A stretch of 64,000 nt of DNA from Acidimicrobiaceae bacterium (GTDB lineage: Bacteria > Actinomycetota > Acidimicrobiia > Acidimicrobiales > Bog-793), in assembly GCA_003159795.1 (NCBI GenBank), contig PLPK01000054.1, positions 1,519 through 65,518 of the forward strand. The letters run 5' to 3'. Below the pieces are notes generated by a model that was not told the origin of the DNA, searched no databases, and saw only the letters and a list, made by a program, of their open reading frames with translations. The position numbers were made by a program, and so were the translations under genes. The first letter of the stretch is position 1; the number at the start of each line of letters is the position of its first letter. Shown here piece after piece: positions 47,670 to 55,987 of this stretch.

Positions 47670-49417
47670 CGCTTCGGGGTGGAGCTCACGTTCGCGACGA
47701 GCGTTGCCCCGGACGAGGGCGGGATGTCGAAGCGGCGGAGTGCATACCGCATGAACTGAGAGAAGACGGGGGCGGACACGAGTCCACCGTAGATCGGTGT
47801 CGGATGGTTCAGTACGACGATCCCCGAGAGTTGCGGGTGCTTTGCCGGCACGAATCCGACGAACGTCGCGTTCCAGTCGCCGGCGACGTAGCCGCGCCCG
47901 GCCGTCTCGGGGACCTGCGCGGTGCCCGTCTTGCCGGCGACGGTGTACCCGGGGATGTTTGCCAGCACGGCCGTTCCATCCTGGACGACCCCCTCCAGCA
48001 TCGGCACCAACGCGGCGGCCGTCGCCGCCGGCACCTTCCGCACGCCGGCTGCCGGCGGAAACACCCGCTCCGCCCCATCGGCGCCCACCGTGTCGGCGAC
48101 AAGATGCGGTGTGACGGACACGCCGCCGTTGGCGATCGTGTTGTAGGCGTCGAGCACCTGGAGCGGCGTCACCGCGACGCCGGTGCCGATCGGCACCGAC
48201 GCCGCCGCAGAACCGAACCACGTCGCGGGCGAGCCGACGATCCCCGCAGACTCCCCCGGCCAGCCGAGGCTGGTCGGGTGGCCGAAGCCGAGGGCCGACA
48301 GCCCCGCGTCGAGCCGGGCGAGCCCGAGGCGTTGTGCGATCTCGATCGTGCCGACGTTCGAGGACACCGCGAGGATCTGGGCCACCGTGAGTTGCTCGGT
48401 CGGGTGGATCTCGGCGTCGGCGAAGCGGTAGCCGCCGACCTCGATCGAGTCTGGGACGGTGAACACCGTCGAGGGCGTGATCAGCCCGGCCCGCAAGGCG
48501 GCCATCACCGTGACGAGCTTCATCACGGAGCCGGGCTGGTAGACGGCCGTCGCGGCGAGGTTCGTCGCCGCCGGTTCGACGCGCCCGCTCACCCCGACGA
48601 CGAGGTCCACCATCGCGAGGATCGCCCCGCTGTGGACGTCCATCACGATGGCGACGCCGGATCTGGCGTGCGTGGTGAGTATCTGGGCGGCGAGGTCCTT
48701 TGCCACCTCCACCTGCAGCGGCTCGTCGATCGTAAGGACGATCCCGGTGCCCGGTCTGGCCGCGAGCACGTGCGTCGGCTTGCCGGGCAGCGCGTACCGC
48801 CCCGGAGCGAGCGCGACCGTCTCGCGGCCGGCTCTCCCGGCGAGCAGGCTGTTGCCCGCCTCCTCGATCCCCTCGTAGCCCACCCCGGCGGTGTTCACCA
48901 CGCCGAGCAGGGGTTGGAAGACGCCGCCGCCCGTGGAGACGCGCACGCTTTCGGCGACGAAGGCAAGACCCGCGAAGTCACGCTTCTCGATCCGGGCCAC
49001 GGTGGCGTCGCCCAGGCCGCGGGCGAGGACGACGTGCCCGTTCCGCTCGCCTAGTTCGGCCGCCAGTCGGGCCGTGGGCACGCCGAGCAGGGGCCCGAGC
49101 CTCCTCGCCTCGGAGGCGGGTGCCCTGATCTGGAGGTCGTCGGCGAGCAGCGTGGCACGCGGGACCGAGACGGCGAGGACGTCGCCGGTGCTGTCGTAGA
49201 TCGTGCCCCGCGTCGCGGGCAGCTCAACCGTCCGTTCGACCTCGTTTCTCGCGCCGGCGGTGTAGCGGGCGGCATCGACGACCTGGACGACACTGAGGCG
49301 GATCGCGAGACCGACCGCCGCGAGCGACATCAGCACCGTGAGGACACGCAGGCGAGCCCGGCGGATCGGCGCCGTCGGCACACGACGGTCGACGCCCCGC
49401 CGCACCCGCCTCGTCAC
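47666..49417 (-). CDS. ftsI: class B penicillin-binding protein / peptidoglycan D,D-transpeptidase FtsI
   Basis: N-terminal TM segment, 'YQPGSVMKLVT' (SxxK), 'VSSNVG' (SxN), 'GKTGTAQ' (KTG). Confidence 0.88.
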   Translation of the reverse strand: MTRRVRRGVDRRVPTAPIRRARLRVLTVLMSLAAVGLAIRLSVVQVVDAARYTAGARNEVERTVELPATRGTIYDSTGDVLAVSVPRATLLADDLQIRAPASEARRLGPLLGVPTARLAAELGERNGHVVLARGLGDATVARIEKRDFAGLAFVAESVRVSTGGGVFQPLLGVVNTAGVGYEGIEEAGNSLLAGRAGRETVALAPGRYALPGKPTHVLAARPGTGIVLTIDEPLQVEVAKDLAAQILTTHARSGVAIVMDVHSGAILAMVDLVVGVSGRVEPAATNLAATAVYQPGSVMKLVTVMAALRAGLITPSTVFTVPDSIEVGGYRFADAEIHPTEQLTVAQILAVSSNVGTIEIAQRLGLARLDAGLSALGFGHPTSLGWPGESAGIVGSPATWFGSAAASVPIGTGVAVTPLQVLDAYNTIANGGVSVTPHLVADTVGADGAERVFPPAAGVRKVPAATAAALVPMLEGVVQDGTAVLANIPGYTVAGKTGTAQVPETAGRGYVAGDWNATFVGFVPAKHPQLSGIVVLNHPTPIYGGLVSAPVFSQFMRYALRRFDIPPSSGATLVANVSSTPKR

Positions 49418-49854
49418 GTCGCGACCCTCGGCGCCGAGGCCGAAGTGGAGCGGTCGGGATTGACGGGAACGAGGTAGATCACGTTCTTCGGCACGACCAT
49501 GCCGAGCTGGCGCTCGGCGACGCGCAGGATGCGCGACGGCGAGGCGAGCTGCGCCCGTGTGAGCTGCAGGTTCTGGTCCCTGGCGACCGCGGTGGCGAGC
49601 CCCCGATCGAGCCGGTCGAGGCGGACCTGCTGCGCGGCGACGAAGGCCTGCCCGGCCGCGACGACAAGGAGCGAGATGGCGACGACGGTTGCCGCCAGGA
49701 CGACGACCAGTTGCGCCCGGCGGCGCAGGCGGCGCCGTGCGAGCTCGGCTCGGCCGAGGACCGTCAGGCCGACCCGGTTGGCGTCGTGCGCCCCGACGAC
49801 GGGTTGCGCGTCGGGAGCCGACGCGACGAGCCGGGCGGCGCTGACCGGCGCCAT
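49414..49854 (-). CDS. ftsL: FtsL-like bitopic cell-division protein
   Basis: Position between rsmH and ftsI. Single TM segment 'LVVVLAATVVAISLLVVAAG' followed by a coiled coil. Overlapping start and stop on both sides. Confidence 0.55.
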   Translation of the reverse strand: MAPVSAARLVASAPDAQPVVGAHDANRVGLTVLGRAELARRRLRRRAQLVVVLAATVVAISLLVVAAGQAFVAAQQVRLDRLDRGLATAVARDQNLQLTRAQLASPSRILRVAERQLGMVVPKNVIYLVPVNPDRSTSASAPRVAT

Positions 49855-50825
49855 CACTGCACCGTCCCCGTGTCGTCGCCTGCCAGGCGCTCGACGCTCC
49901 GCAGTCGCGCGGCCGCGGCACGTGGATTGCGCGCGACCTCGTCCGCCGACGGGCGGCGCGCGCCCCGGGTGACCAGCCGCGCGACCGGTCGCGCCCCACA
50001 GACGCAGGGAAGGCGCGGTGGGCACGTGCAGCCCCCGCTCGACCAGGTGCGGAAGCGTTCCTTCACGAGGCGGTCCTCGCCGGAGTGGTAGGCGAGGGTG
50101 ACGATGCGGCCCCCGGCGCAAAGGGTGGCGAAGGCCTGGTCGAGGGCGACGGGAAGCAGGTCGAGCTCCTCGTTGACCGCGACCCGCAGCGCCTGGAAAA
50201 CGCGGCTCGCGGGATTCCCCCGACGCCGCGCCCCCGGCGGTACGGCCCCCGCGACCAGGTTCGCGAGGGCGCTCGTCGTGTCGACCGGGCGCGCGCGGAC
50301 GATCGCGCGGGCAATGCGATGGGCGAAGCGCTCCTCACCGTGCGCCGCGAACAGACGCGCGAGCGCGTCGGCGTCGAGGGTGTTCACGAGGTCCTGCGCG
50401 GTCAACGCGAGCTCGCGGTCCATGCGCATGTCGAGCGGCGCGGTGACCCGGTACGAGAACCCGCGGGCCGGGTCGTCCAGCTGATGCGAGCTCACCCCCA
50501 GGTCGAAAAGGACCGCCGACACCCCGCCCACTGCCTCGACACCCTCGGGGAAGGCGGCCGCGAGCACCTCGCCGAGCGCGTCGAACCGGGCGTGGTGCAC
50601 CCGGGCGCGGGCACCGAACCCGGCGAGCCGGATGGTCGCCTCGGCGACGGCGTCGCGGTCACGGTCGATGCCCACGAGGACCAGGTCGGGACGACTAGCG
50701 AGAATGGCCGCGGCATGTCCGGCGCCGCCGAGCGTCGCGTCGACGATGACGCCGGCCGGTACCGGGGCGAGGAGATCGACGACCTCGTCGACCATGACCG
50801 GCGTGTGGAACATCCCCTGGCTCAT
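49854..50825 (-). CDS. rsmH: 16S rRNA (cytosine1402-N4)-methyltransferase
   Basis: 'HTPVMVDEVV', 'DATLGGAGHA', 'FDLGVSSHQLD', 'LAYHSGEDRLVK'. Confidence 0.9.
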   Translation of the reverse strand: MSQGMFHTPVMVDEVVDLLAPVPAGVIVDATLGGAGHAAAILASRPDLVLVGIDRDRDAVAEATIRLAGFGARARVHHARFDALGEVLAAAFPEGVEAVGGVSAVLFDLGVSSHQLDDPARGFSYRVTAPLDMRMDRELALTAQDLVNTLDADALARLFAAHGEERFAHRIARAIVRARPVDTTSALANLVAGAVPPGARRRGNPASRVFQALRVAVNEELDLLPVALDQAFATLCAGGRIVTLAYHSGEDRLVKERFRTWSSGGCTCPPRLPCVCGARPVARLVTRGARRPSADEVARNPRAAAARLRSVERLAGDDTGTVQ

Positions 50826-51034
50826 CCGCAGCCCCCCAACCTCTGGCCGGGCGAAGGTCGCCCTGCAGAACGGATGGAGATTGGCGGAGAGGGGTTGATG
50901 CTGGCCATCCTTGGCCACAGCCGGGAGGCTGCGGATGGGCCAGGGGACGTTGTTCGATACAGGGCCGACGTGGTACGGAGGCGTGCGCACCCCACGACGA
51001 GGTTGCAGGTGCACACGGTCGGTCACCGACACGA

Positions 51035-51457
51035 TCACGCGCCGGTCGCGAGACCCGCGCCGCCGGGCGCGAGCTCCTTGGCGTTCCACTTCTCCGGGGA
51101 CCACAACTCGACGTGATCGATGACCCCGACGATCAGGACCTCGCGTACGAGACCCGCGTGGTCCCGCAGGTCCGGGGCGACGAGGATCCGGCCCTGGGCG
51201 TCGATCGCCATCTCGTCGATGGCCGAGGACCACTCGCGCACCTGGTTGCGCGACCAGGCGTCGACGGCGGACTTCTCCCGGAGTTCGATCTCGGGCTGGA
51301 AGGTCTCCGGCGTCCAGATCGCGACACAGTTCTCGAGATGTGGGGTCAGGAAGCAGTAGTTGCCGAGACGGTTGCGAATGCGTGCGGGGAGGATCAGCCG
51401 ACCCTTAGAGTCGAGAGAGTGCTCGTCCCTTCCAAAGAAGCTGCTCTCGGGGCCCAA
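51035..51457 (-). CDS. mraZ: transcriptional regulator MraZ
   Basis: 'FFGRDEHSLDSKGRLILPARIR' and a second 'IDAQGRILVAPDLR' repeat. TTG start preceded by 'GAAGGAAGGA'. Confidence 0.88.
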   Translation of the reverse strand: MGPESSFFGRDEHSLDSKGRLILPARIRNRLGNYCFLTPHLENCVAIWTPETFQPEIELREKSAVDAWSRNQVREWSSAIDEMAIDAQGRILVAPDLRDHAGLVREVLIVGVIDHVELWSPEKWNAKELAPGGAGLATGA

Positions 51458-51520
51458 CGTGGCTGTCCTTCCTTCTGATCACCACGGGTCGCCGTTGGGG
51501 TGACACCGCTCCTCTGCCCT

Positions 51521-51565
51521 CCACTTCGCGCCACTCTATGTGTATATCCCCCCACCGTCAACCAC
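51521..51565 (-). promoter_or_regulatory. candidate MraZ operator / dcw promoter region: four GTGG boxes spaced 10, 21 and 10 bp apart, flanking an AT-rich patch
   Basis: On the minus strand GTGG occurs at 51565-51562, 51555-51552, 51534-51531 and 51524-51521. 'GATATACACATAGAGT' lies between them, 65-110 nt upstream of mraZ. Confidence 0.35.
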
Positions 51566-51682
51566 ACTCCGTTCGCTCACCCTCCTGGCCTGCCCTGACG
51601 CGGGGGCCTCTCCCACCCAGGCCGCCGTCCTGGGGCCCGCCGATTCCCCTTCAGTTGCGTCGTTGGGGCGCGAGAAGGCCCC

Positions 51683-52687
51683 ATGAGAAGAAGAACCGCC
51701 GCGACGCCCGCCGGGAGCCGGCCGCGGGAGCACAGTGGCGCGAGGTGGGAGCCCGGGGCGGGTGACCGACGTCGCCGTCTCGTCGCCGCGCCACCCCGGC
51801 GGCGGGCCGGCGTGATCCTCCCGGCGACGCTGCTCGCGCTGGCGTGCGTTAGCCCTGCCGCCTCCGGCAGGTGGCAAGCGCCCGACAGCGCGCCGATCAA
51901 GCCGGTGAGGATCATCCCGGCTCCCAGGGCCCTCGTCGACGGGACCGCGCCCCTGCCCGGCGGCGTCATCTGGGTCCTCTACGGGAACCGGTCGGCGATG
52001 CGGCTCGGCCGCGTCGAGCTCTCGACGGGCGCGACGCGGCACTCCGTCGCGGTGAGCCGCACGGCGACGTGCATCGCCGGGTCGTCACGGGGCGTCATCG
52101 CCCTCGGGCTCGCGCGGCCGACGACCGGTGCAGTCGAGTTCCTCGATGCGACGACGGGTCGGCGGGTCGGCTCGGCCGCGGTCAAGGGCCCCGTGCGGGC
52201 GCTCGCTTTCGGCTACGGAGGCGAGACGCTCTACGTCCTGAACGGCACGGCGGCGTCGATGGCGGTCACGCGCATCAACACCTCGTCATTCCACGTCGCT
52301 CGGGCGGAGCGCGTGCCCCACGACTCCATCGGGATCGTCCCCGACCGGTCCGAGACAGCCGTCTGGACCCTGCAGCGGTCGGGTGCGCTCGAGGAGACGT
52401 CGCTCACCTCGGGCGAGACGCTCGCCGCCTTGTCCACGGGGAACCCGGGTGTCGCGGTCGCCGCCTCGCCCGACGGCGACCGCATCTACGTCCTGAAACG
52501 GACGGCCACCACGATGAACGTTTCGATCATCACGTCCGCGACCGAGGATGTCGCGCGTTTGGTCCCCGTCGCCCTCGACTCCGTCTCGCTCGCACTCTCG
52601 CCAGACGGCCGCACCCTCTACGACTTCGTCGGGACACCCCGCTACGGCAACATCCAGGAGATCGCCCTGGCAAGGGGCGGCGGCTGA
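51683..52687 (+). CDS. exported YVTN/YncE-like beta-propeller repeat protein (start uncertain)
   Basis: Hydrophobic leader 'VILPATLLALACVSPAAS'. Repeats such as 'GETLYVLNGTAASMAV', 'SPDGDRIYVLKRTATTMNV', 'SPDGRTLYDF'. Confidence 0.55.
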   Translation: MRRRTAATPAGSRPREHSGARWEPGAGDRRRRLVAAPPRRRAGVILPATLLALACVSPAASGRWQAPDSAPIKPVRIIPAPRALVDGTAPLPGGVIWVLYGNRSAMRLGRVELSTGATRHSVAVSRTATCIAGSSRGVIALGLARPTTGAVEFLDATTGRRVGSAAVKGPVRALAFGYGGETLYVLNGTAASMAVTRINTSSFHVARAERVPHDSIGIVPDRSETAVWTLQRSGALEETSLTSGETLAALSTGNPGVAVAASPDGDRIYVLKRTATTMNVSIITSATEDVARLVPVALDSVSLALSPDGRTLYDFVGTPRYGNIQEIALARGGG

Positions 52688-52822
52688 CGCGGTGACGCGG
52701 GCCACGCCGGTCCCCGGGCGGGGACGCGTGACCTCACCGGGGAAGGGCCGAGAACCGCGCCGTCCCGCACCGGCGGGTCGCTCATCCCGCCCCCGCCGAT
52801 GCCGTGACGGTAGCGCTGAAGG

Positions 52823-54295
52823 TCAGTCCACCCCCACCAGGGTCTTCACCGCCGCGATGATGGCCCGCAGGCCGGCCTGCGCGTCGGCGAAGAACATGCC
52901 CGTCTTCGGGTCGGTGTAGAGCTCGTTGTCGATGCCGGCGTAGCCGTAGCCCATCGATCGCTTGATGACAATGATGCTCTTCGCCTTGTCGACGTCGAGG
53001 ATCGGCATGCCCGAGACGGCGTTGCCGGGCCGGCGGGCGGCCGGATTCGTCACGTCGTTCGCCCCGATCACCAGGGCGACATCGGCGCGCGGGAACTCCG
53101 GGTTGATCTCCTCCATCGTCTTCAGTTCCTCATAGGGAACCTCGGCCTCGGCGAGCAGGACGTTCATGTGGCCCGGCATCCGGCCAGCAACCGGGTGGAT
53201 GGCATAGGACACCTCGACCCCGCGCTTTTCCAACAGGTCCGCCAGCTCCTTCACCGAGTGCTGGGCGTGGGCGGCGGCAAGCCCGTAGCCCGGGACGATG
53301 ATCACCTTCTGCGCGTAGGCGAGCTGGATCGCGACGTCGTCCGCCCCGACCGAGCGCACCTGGCCAGTGGCGCCGGCGCCGATCACGCTCGCCGTGTCGC
53401 CCGTGCCGAACCCGCCGGCGACGATGTTGAGGATCGAGCGGTTCATCGCGTCGGCCATCAGCTTCGTGAGAATGCTGCCGGAGGCGCCGACGAGCGCGCC
53501 GGCGATGATCAGCCCGAGGCTGTTGATGACGAACCCCGCCATCGCGACCGCCGTCCCCGTGAAGGCGTTCAACAACGAGATCACGACGGGCATGTCCGCG
53601 CCGCCGATCGGCATGACCATGATCACGCCCATGACGAGGGCGGCGATGGCGATCCCGATCAGCGTGATGTCGCTGTTCGCCCCGGACAGGATGTACCCGG
53701 TTCCGGCGCACAGGGCGAGAGCCAGCACGAGGTTGATGAAGCGGCCACCGGGGATGACAATCGGGTTCGACGGGATGAAGCCCTGCAGCTTGCCCGCCGC
53801 CACGATCGAGCCCGAGAGCGTCACGGCGCCGATCACGACGTCGAGGACGCTCGTCACCGAGATCCTCGCCGCGATGGTCGGCGCGCCGGCGATCCCGGCG
53901 AGGCGCACGAAGTCGGCGATCGCGACGAGCGCCGCCGCGCCGCCGCCGACGGCGTTGAACAGGCTCACGAGTTGCGGCATCGCCGTCATCTCGACCGAGC
54001 GCGCGAGGTACAGCCCGATGCCGGAGCCGAGGACGCCGCCCACGGCCAGCATGAGCCAACCGGTCGTCGTGATCGTCCCGTCATGGGCGATGAGGGCGAG
54101 GGTCGCCGCGACGGCAACGGCCATGCCGACCGCCGACAGCCGGTTCCCGTGGTTCGCCGTCGGCGGCGCGTTCATCAGGTGGAGGCCGATGACGAAGCAC
54201 GTCGCGGCCAGCAGCAGGATCAGCGTGATGCCGTCCTCGAAGGCGTACGACGGGGAGACGAAGTGGAACATGATAGAAGCGGTGACGGCGCCCAT
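52823..54295 (-). CDS. pntB: NAD(P) transhydrogenase subunit beta
   Basis: Nine or more TM segments, then dIII 'VIIVPGYGLAAAHAQ', 'YAIHPVAGRMPGHMNVLLAEA', 'VIGANDVTNPAA'. Confidence 0.92.
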   Translation of the reverse strand: MGAVTASIMFHFVSPSYAFEDGITLILLLAATCFVIGLHLMNAPPTANHGNRLSAVGMAVAVAATLALIAHDGTITTTGWLMLAVGGVLGSGIGLYLARSVEMTAMPQLVSLFNAVGGGAAALVAIADFVRLAGIAGAPTIAARISVTSVLDVVIGAVTLSGSIVAAGKLQGFIPSNPIVIPGGRFINLVLALALCAGTGYILSGANSDITLIGIAIAALVMGVIMVMPIGGADMPVVISLLNAFTGTAVAMAGFVINSLGLIIAGALVGASGSILTKLMADAMNRSILNIVAGGFGTGDTASVIGAGATGQVRSVGADDVAIQLAYAQKVIIVPGYGLAAAHAQHSVKELADLLEKRGVEVSYAIHPVAGRMPGHMNVLLAEAEVPYEELKTMEEINPEFPRADVALVIGANDVTNPAARRPGNAVSGMPILDVDKAKSIIVIKRSMGYGYAGIDNELYTDPKTGMFFADAQAGLRAIIAAVKTLVGVD

Positions 54296-54621
54296 CAGGA
54301 GTTACCCCCCTGCTCGGTCGCTTCCTTCGCGGCCGGGGCCGGACGACGCTGGAACATCTGGAGCATCCGGTCGGTGACCGCGTAGCCGCCGACGACGTTC
54401 ATGCCCGCGAACACCGCCGCGATGAAGGCGAGCACGTAGCCGACCGTGTTGTGCGCCGTCGAGGCGATGAGGAAGGCGCCCACGATCACGACCCCGTGGA
54501 TGGAGTTCGCGGCCGACATCAACGGCGTGTGGAGCGTCTGGGGGACCTTGGAGATCACCTCGAACCCCACAAGAAGACTGAGCACGAAGATCGTGACATC
54601 AGTGATGAGACTCGTATCCAT
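54295..54621 (-). CDS. pntAB: NAD(P) transhydrogenase subunit alpha part 2 (membrane)
   Basis: 108-aa protein with three TM segments: 'FVLSLLVGFEVISKVPQTLHTPLMSAANSIHG'. ATGA overlap with pntB. Confidence 0.85.
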   Translation of the reverse strand: MDTSLITDVTIFVLSLLVGFEVISKVPQTLHTPLMSAANSIHGVVIVGAFLIASTAHNTVGYVLAFIAAVFAGMNVVGGYAVTDRMLQMFQRRPAPAAKEATEQGGNS

Positions 54622-54625
54622 CGAC

Positions 54626-55864
54626 TCAGGCTCCGTTCGCTAGTGGTTTGCCGGTGCCCGACCCCGCCAGTTCCGCCGTCGCGGGGTTGACCACCTTTCC
54701 TGCGTGGGTGATGACCACACCGGCCTGGATCTCGTCGGTGAGGTCGATTGCCACCTTCCCGTCGGAGACGAGGTGAGCGACAAGTGCACAGATGTTGTGC
54801 GAGTACGCCGTCGACGCCGCGCCCGCCATCGTCGAGGGAAGGCTCCCGGCCCCAATGATCGTCACCCCGTGCTCCGTGACGACCGTGTCGTCGTGACGGG
54901 ACCCCTCGACGTTGCCGCCGAGCTCGCTCGCCGCCATGTCGACGATCACCGACCCGGCGCGCATCGCCCGCACGGCCTCCACCGTGACGAGCAACGGCGG
55001 GCGCCGCCCGGGGACCTGCGCCGTCGTGATGACGACGTCGTGCTGGGCGATGTGCCCGTTCAGTTCCTCCTGCTGCGCCTTGGTCTCCTCGGCGGTGAGG
55101 GCCCGGGCGTAGCCGCCCTCGCCGACCGCCTCGCCGACCGACTTCAGCTCGACGAAGCGACCACCGAGCGACTCGACCTGCTCCTTCGCTTCGGGACGCA
55201 CGTCGTAGCCCCGGACGATGGCGCCGAGCCGGTGGCAGGTCGCGATCGCCTGGAGCCCGGCCACCCCGGCGCCGAGCACGAGCACCTCGGCGGGACGGGC
55301 GGTCCCGGCCGCCGTCATGAGGAGCGGGAAGTAGCGCCCGTAGGCGCCCGCTGCCACGAGGGCGGCCTTGTAGCCGGCGATGTTCGCCTGCGAGCTCAGC
55401 GCGTCCATCGACTGCGCGCGGCTGAGGGTGCGCGGCAGGTTGTCGAGGCTCACGGCGGTGACGCCGCGCCCCGCGAGCAGGCCCGCGAACCCGGGGTCGA
55501 CGAGCGGGGCCAGCAGGCCGATGACGACCTGGCCCGGCCGCAGCTTCTTCACGTCGGCGGCCGAGGGCCGGCCGACGTAGAGGACGACGTCGGATTCCGC
55601 CAGGCACTTGGCCCGGGCGACGACGGTAGCCCCCGCCTGGACGTAGGCGTCATCGAAGAACCACGCTTGCCGGCCCGCGTTCTTCTCGACGAAGACCGCA
55701 TAGCCCGCCCCGTGGAGCTTGCCTACGTCGTCGGGGACGAGTGCGACCCGCTGCTCACCGTCGGCCCCTTCGCGCACGACGGCCACCGAAGGCTCGGTGG
55801 CCTCCGTGGGACCCTTCTCCGGCACCTGTGGCGCCGCGGACGGTTCCGCCCGATCAGCCATCAT
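54626..55864 (-). CDS. pntAA: NAD(P) transhydrogenase subunit alpha part 1 (dI, alanine-dehydrogenase-like)
   Basis: 'RVALVPD', 'LSRAQSMDALSSQANIAGY', 'VLVLGAGVAGLQAIA', 'VITTAQVPGRRPP'. Confidence 0.88.
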   Translation of the reverse strand: MMADRAEPSAAPQVPEKGPTEATEPSVAVVREGADGEQRVALVPDDVGKLHGAGYAVFVEKNAGRQAWFFDDAYVQAGATVVARAKCLAESDVVLYVGRPSAADVKKLRPGQVVIGLLAPLVDPGFAGLLAGRGVTAVSLDNLPRTLSRAQSMDALSSQANIAGYKAALVAAGAYGRYFPLLMTAAGTARPAEVLVLGAGVAGLQAIATCHRLGAIVRGYDVRPEAKEQVESLGGRFVELKSVGEAVGEGGYARALTAEETKAQQEELNGHIAQHDVVITTAQVPGRRPPLLVTVEAVRAMRAGSVIVDMAASELGGNVEGSRHDDTVVTEHGVTIIGAGSLPSTMAGAASTAYSHNICALVAHLVSDGKVAIDLTDEIQAGVVITHAGKVVNPATAELAGSGTGKPLANGA

Positions 55865-55987
55865 CTCCCTCCTTGGGTGGCCCGAGTCACCGCGGCACCC
55901 ATCAGTCGGGCCGCCGGCGCACCCGGCGCCGCCGACCCCCGTCTAATCGATCCAGAGCAGCCGGTCGCGCCGCAGCCGATACGTGGT

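Noticed and set aside
46149-48221. 690-aa ORF that might have been a MurF-MurE fusion, or might hide murF.
   Set aside because: The N-terminal ~180 aa is out-of-frame read-through of the ftsI 3' region (Arg/Gly-rich, no Mur ligase motifs). The real gene starts at the GTG at 47669 or the ATG at 47654 and is MurE only.
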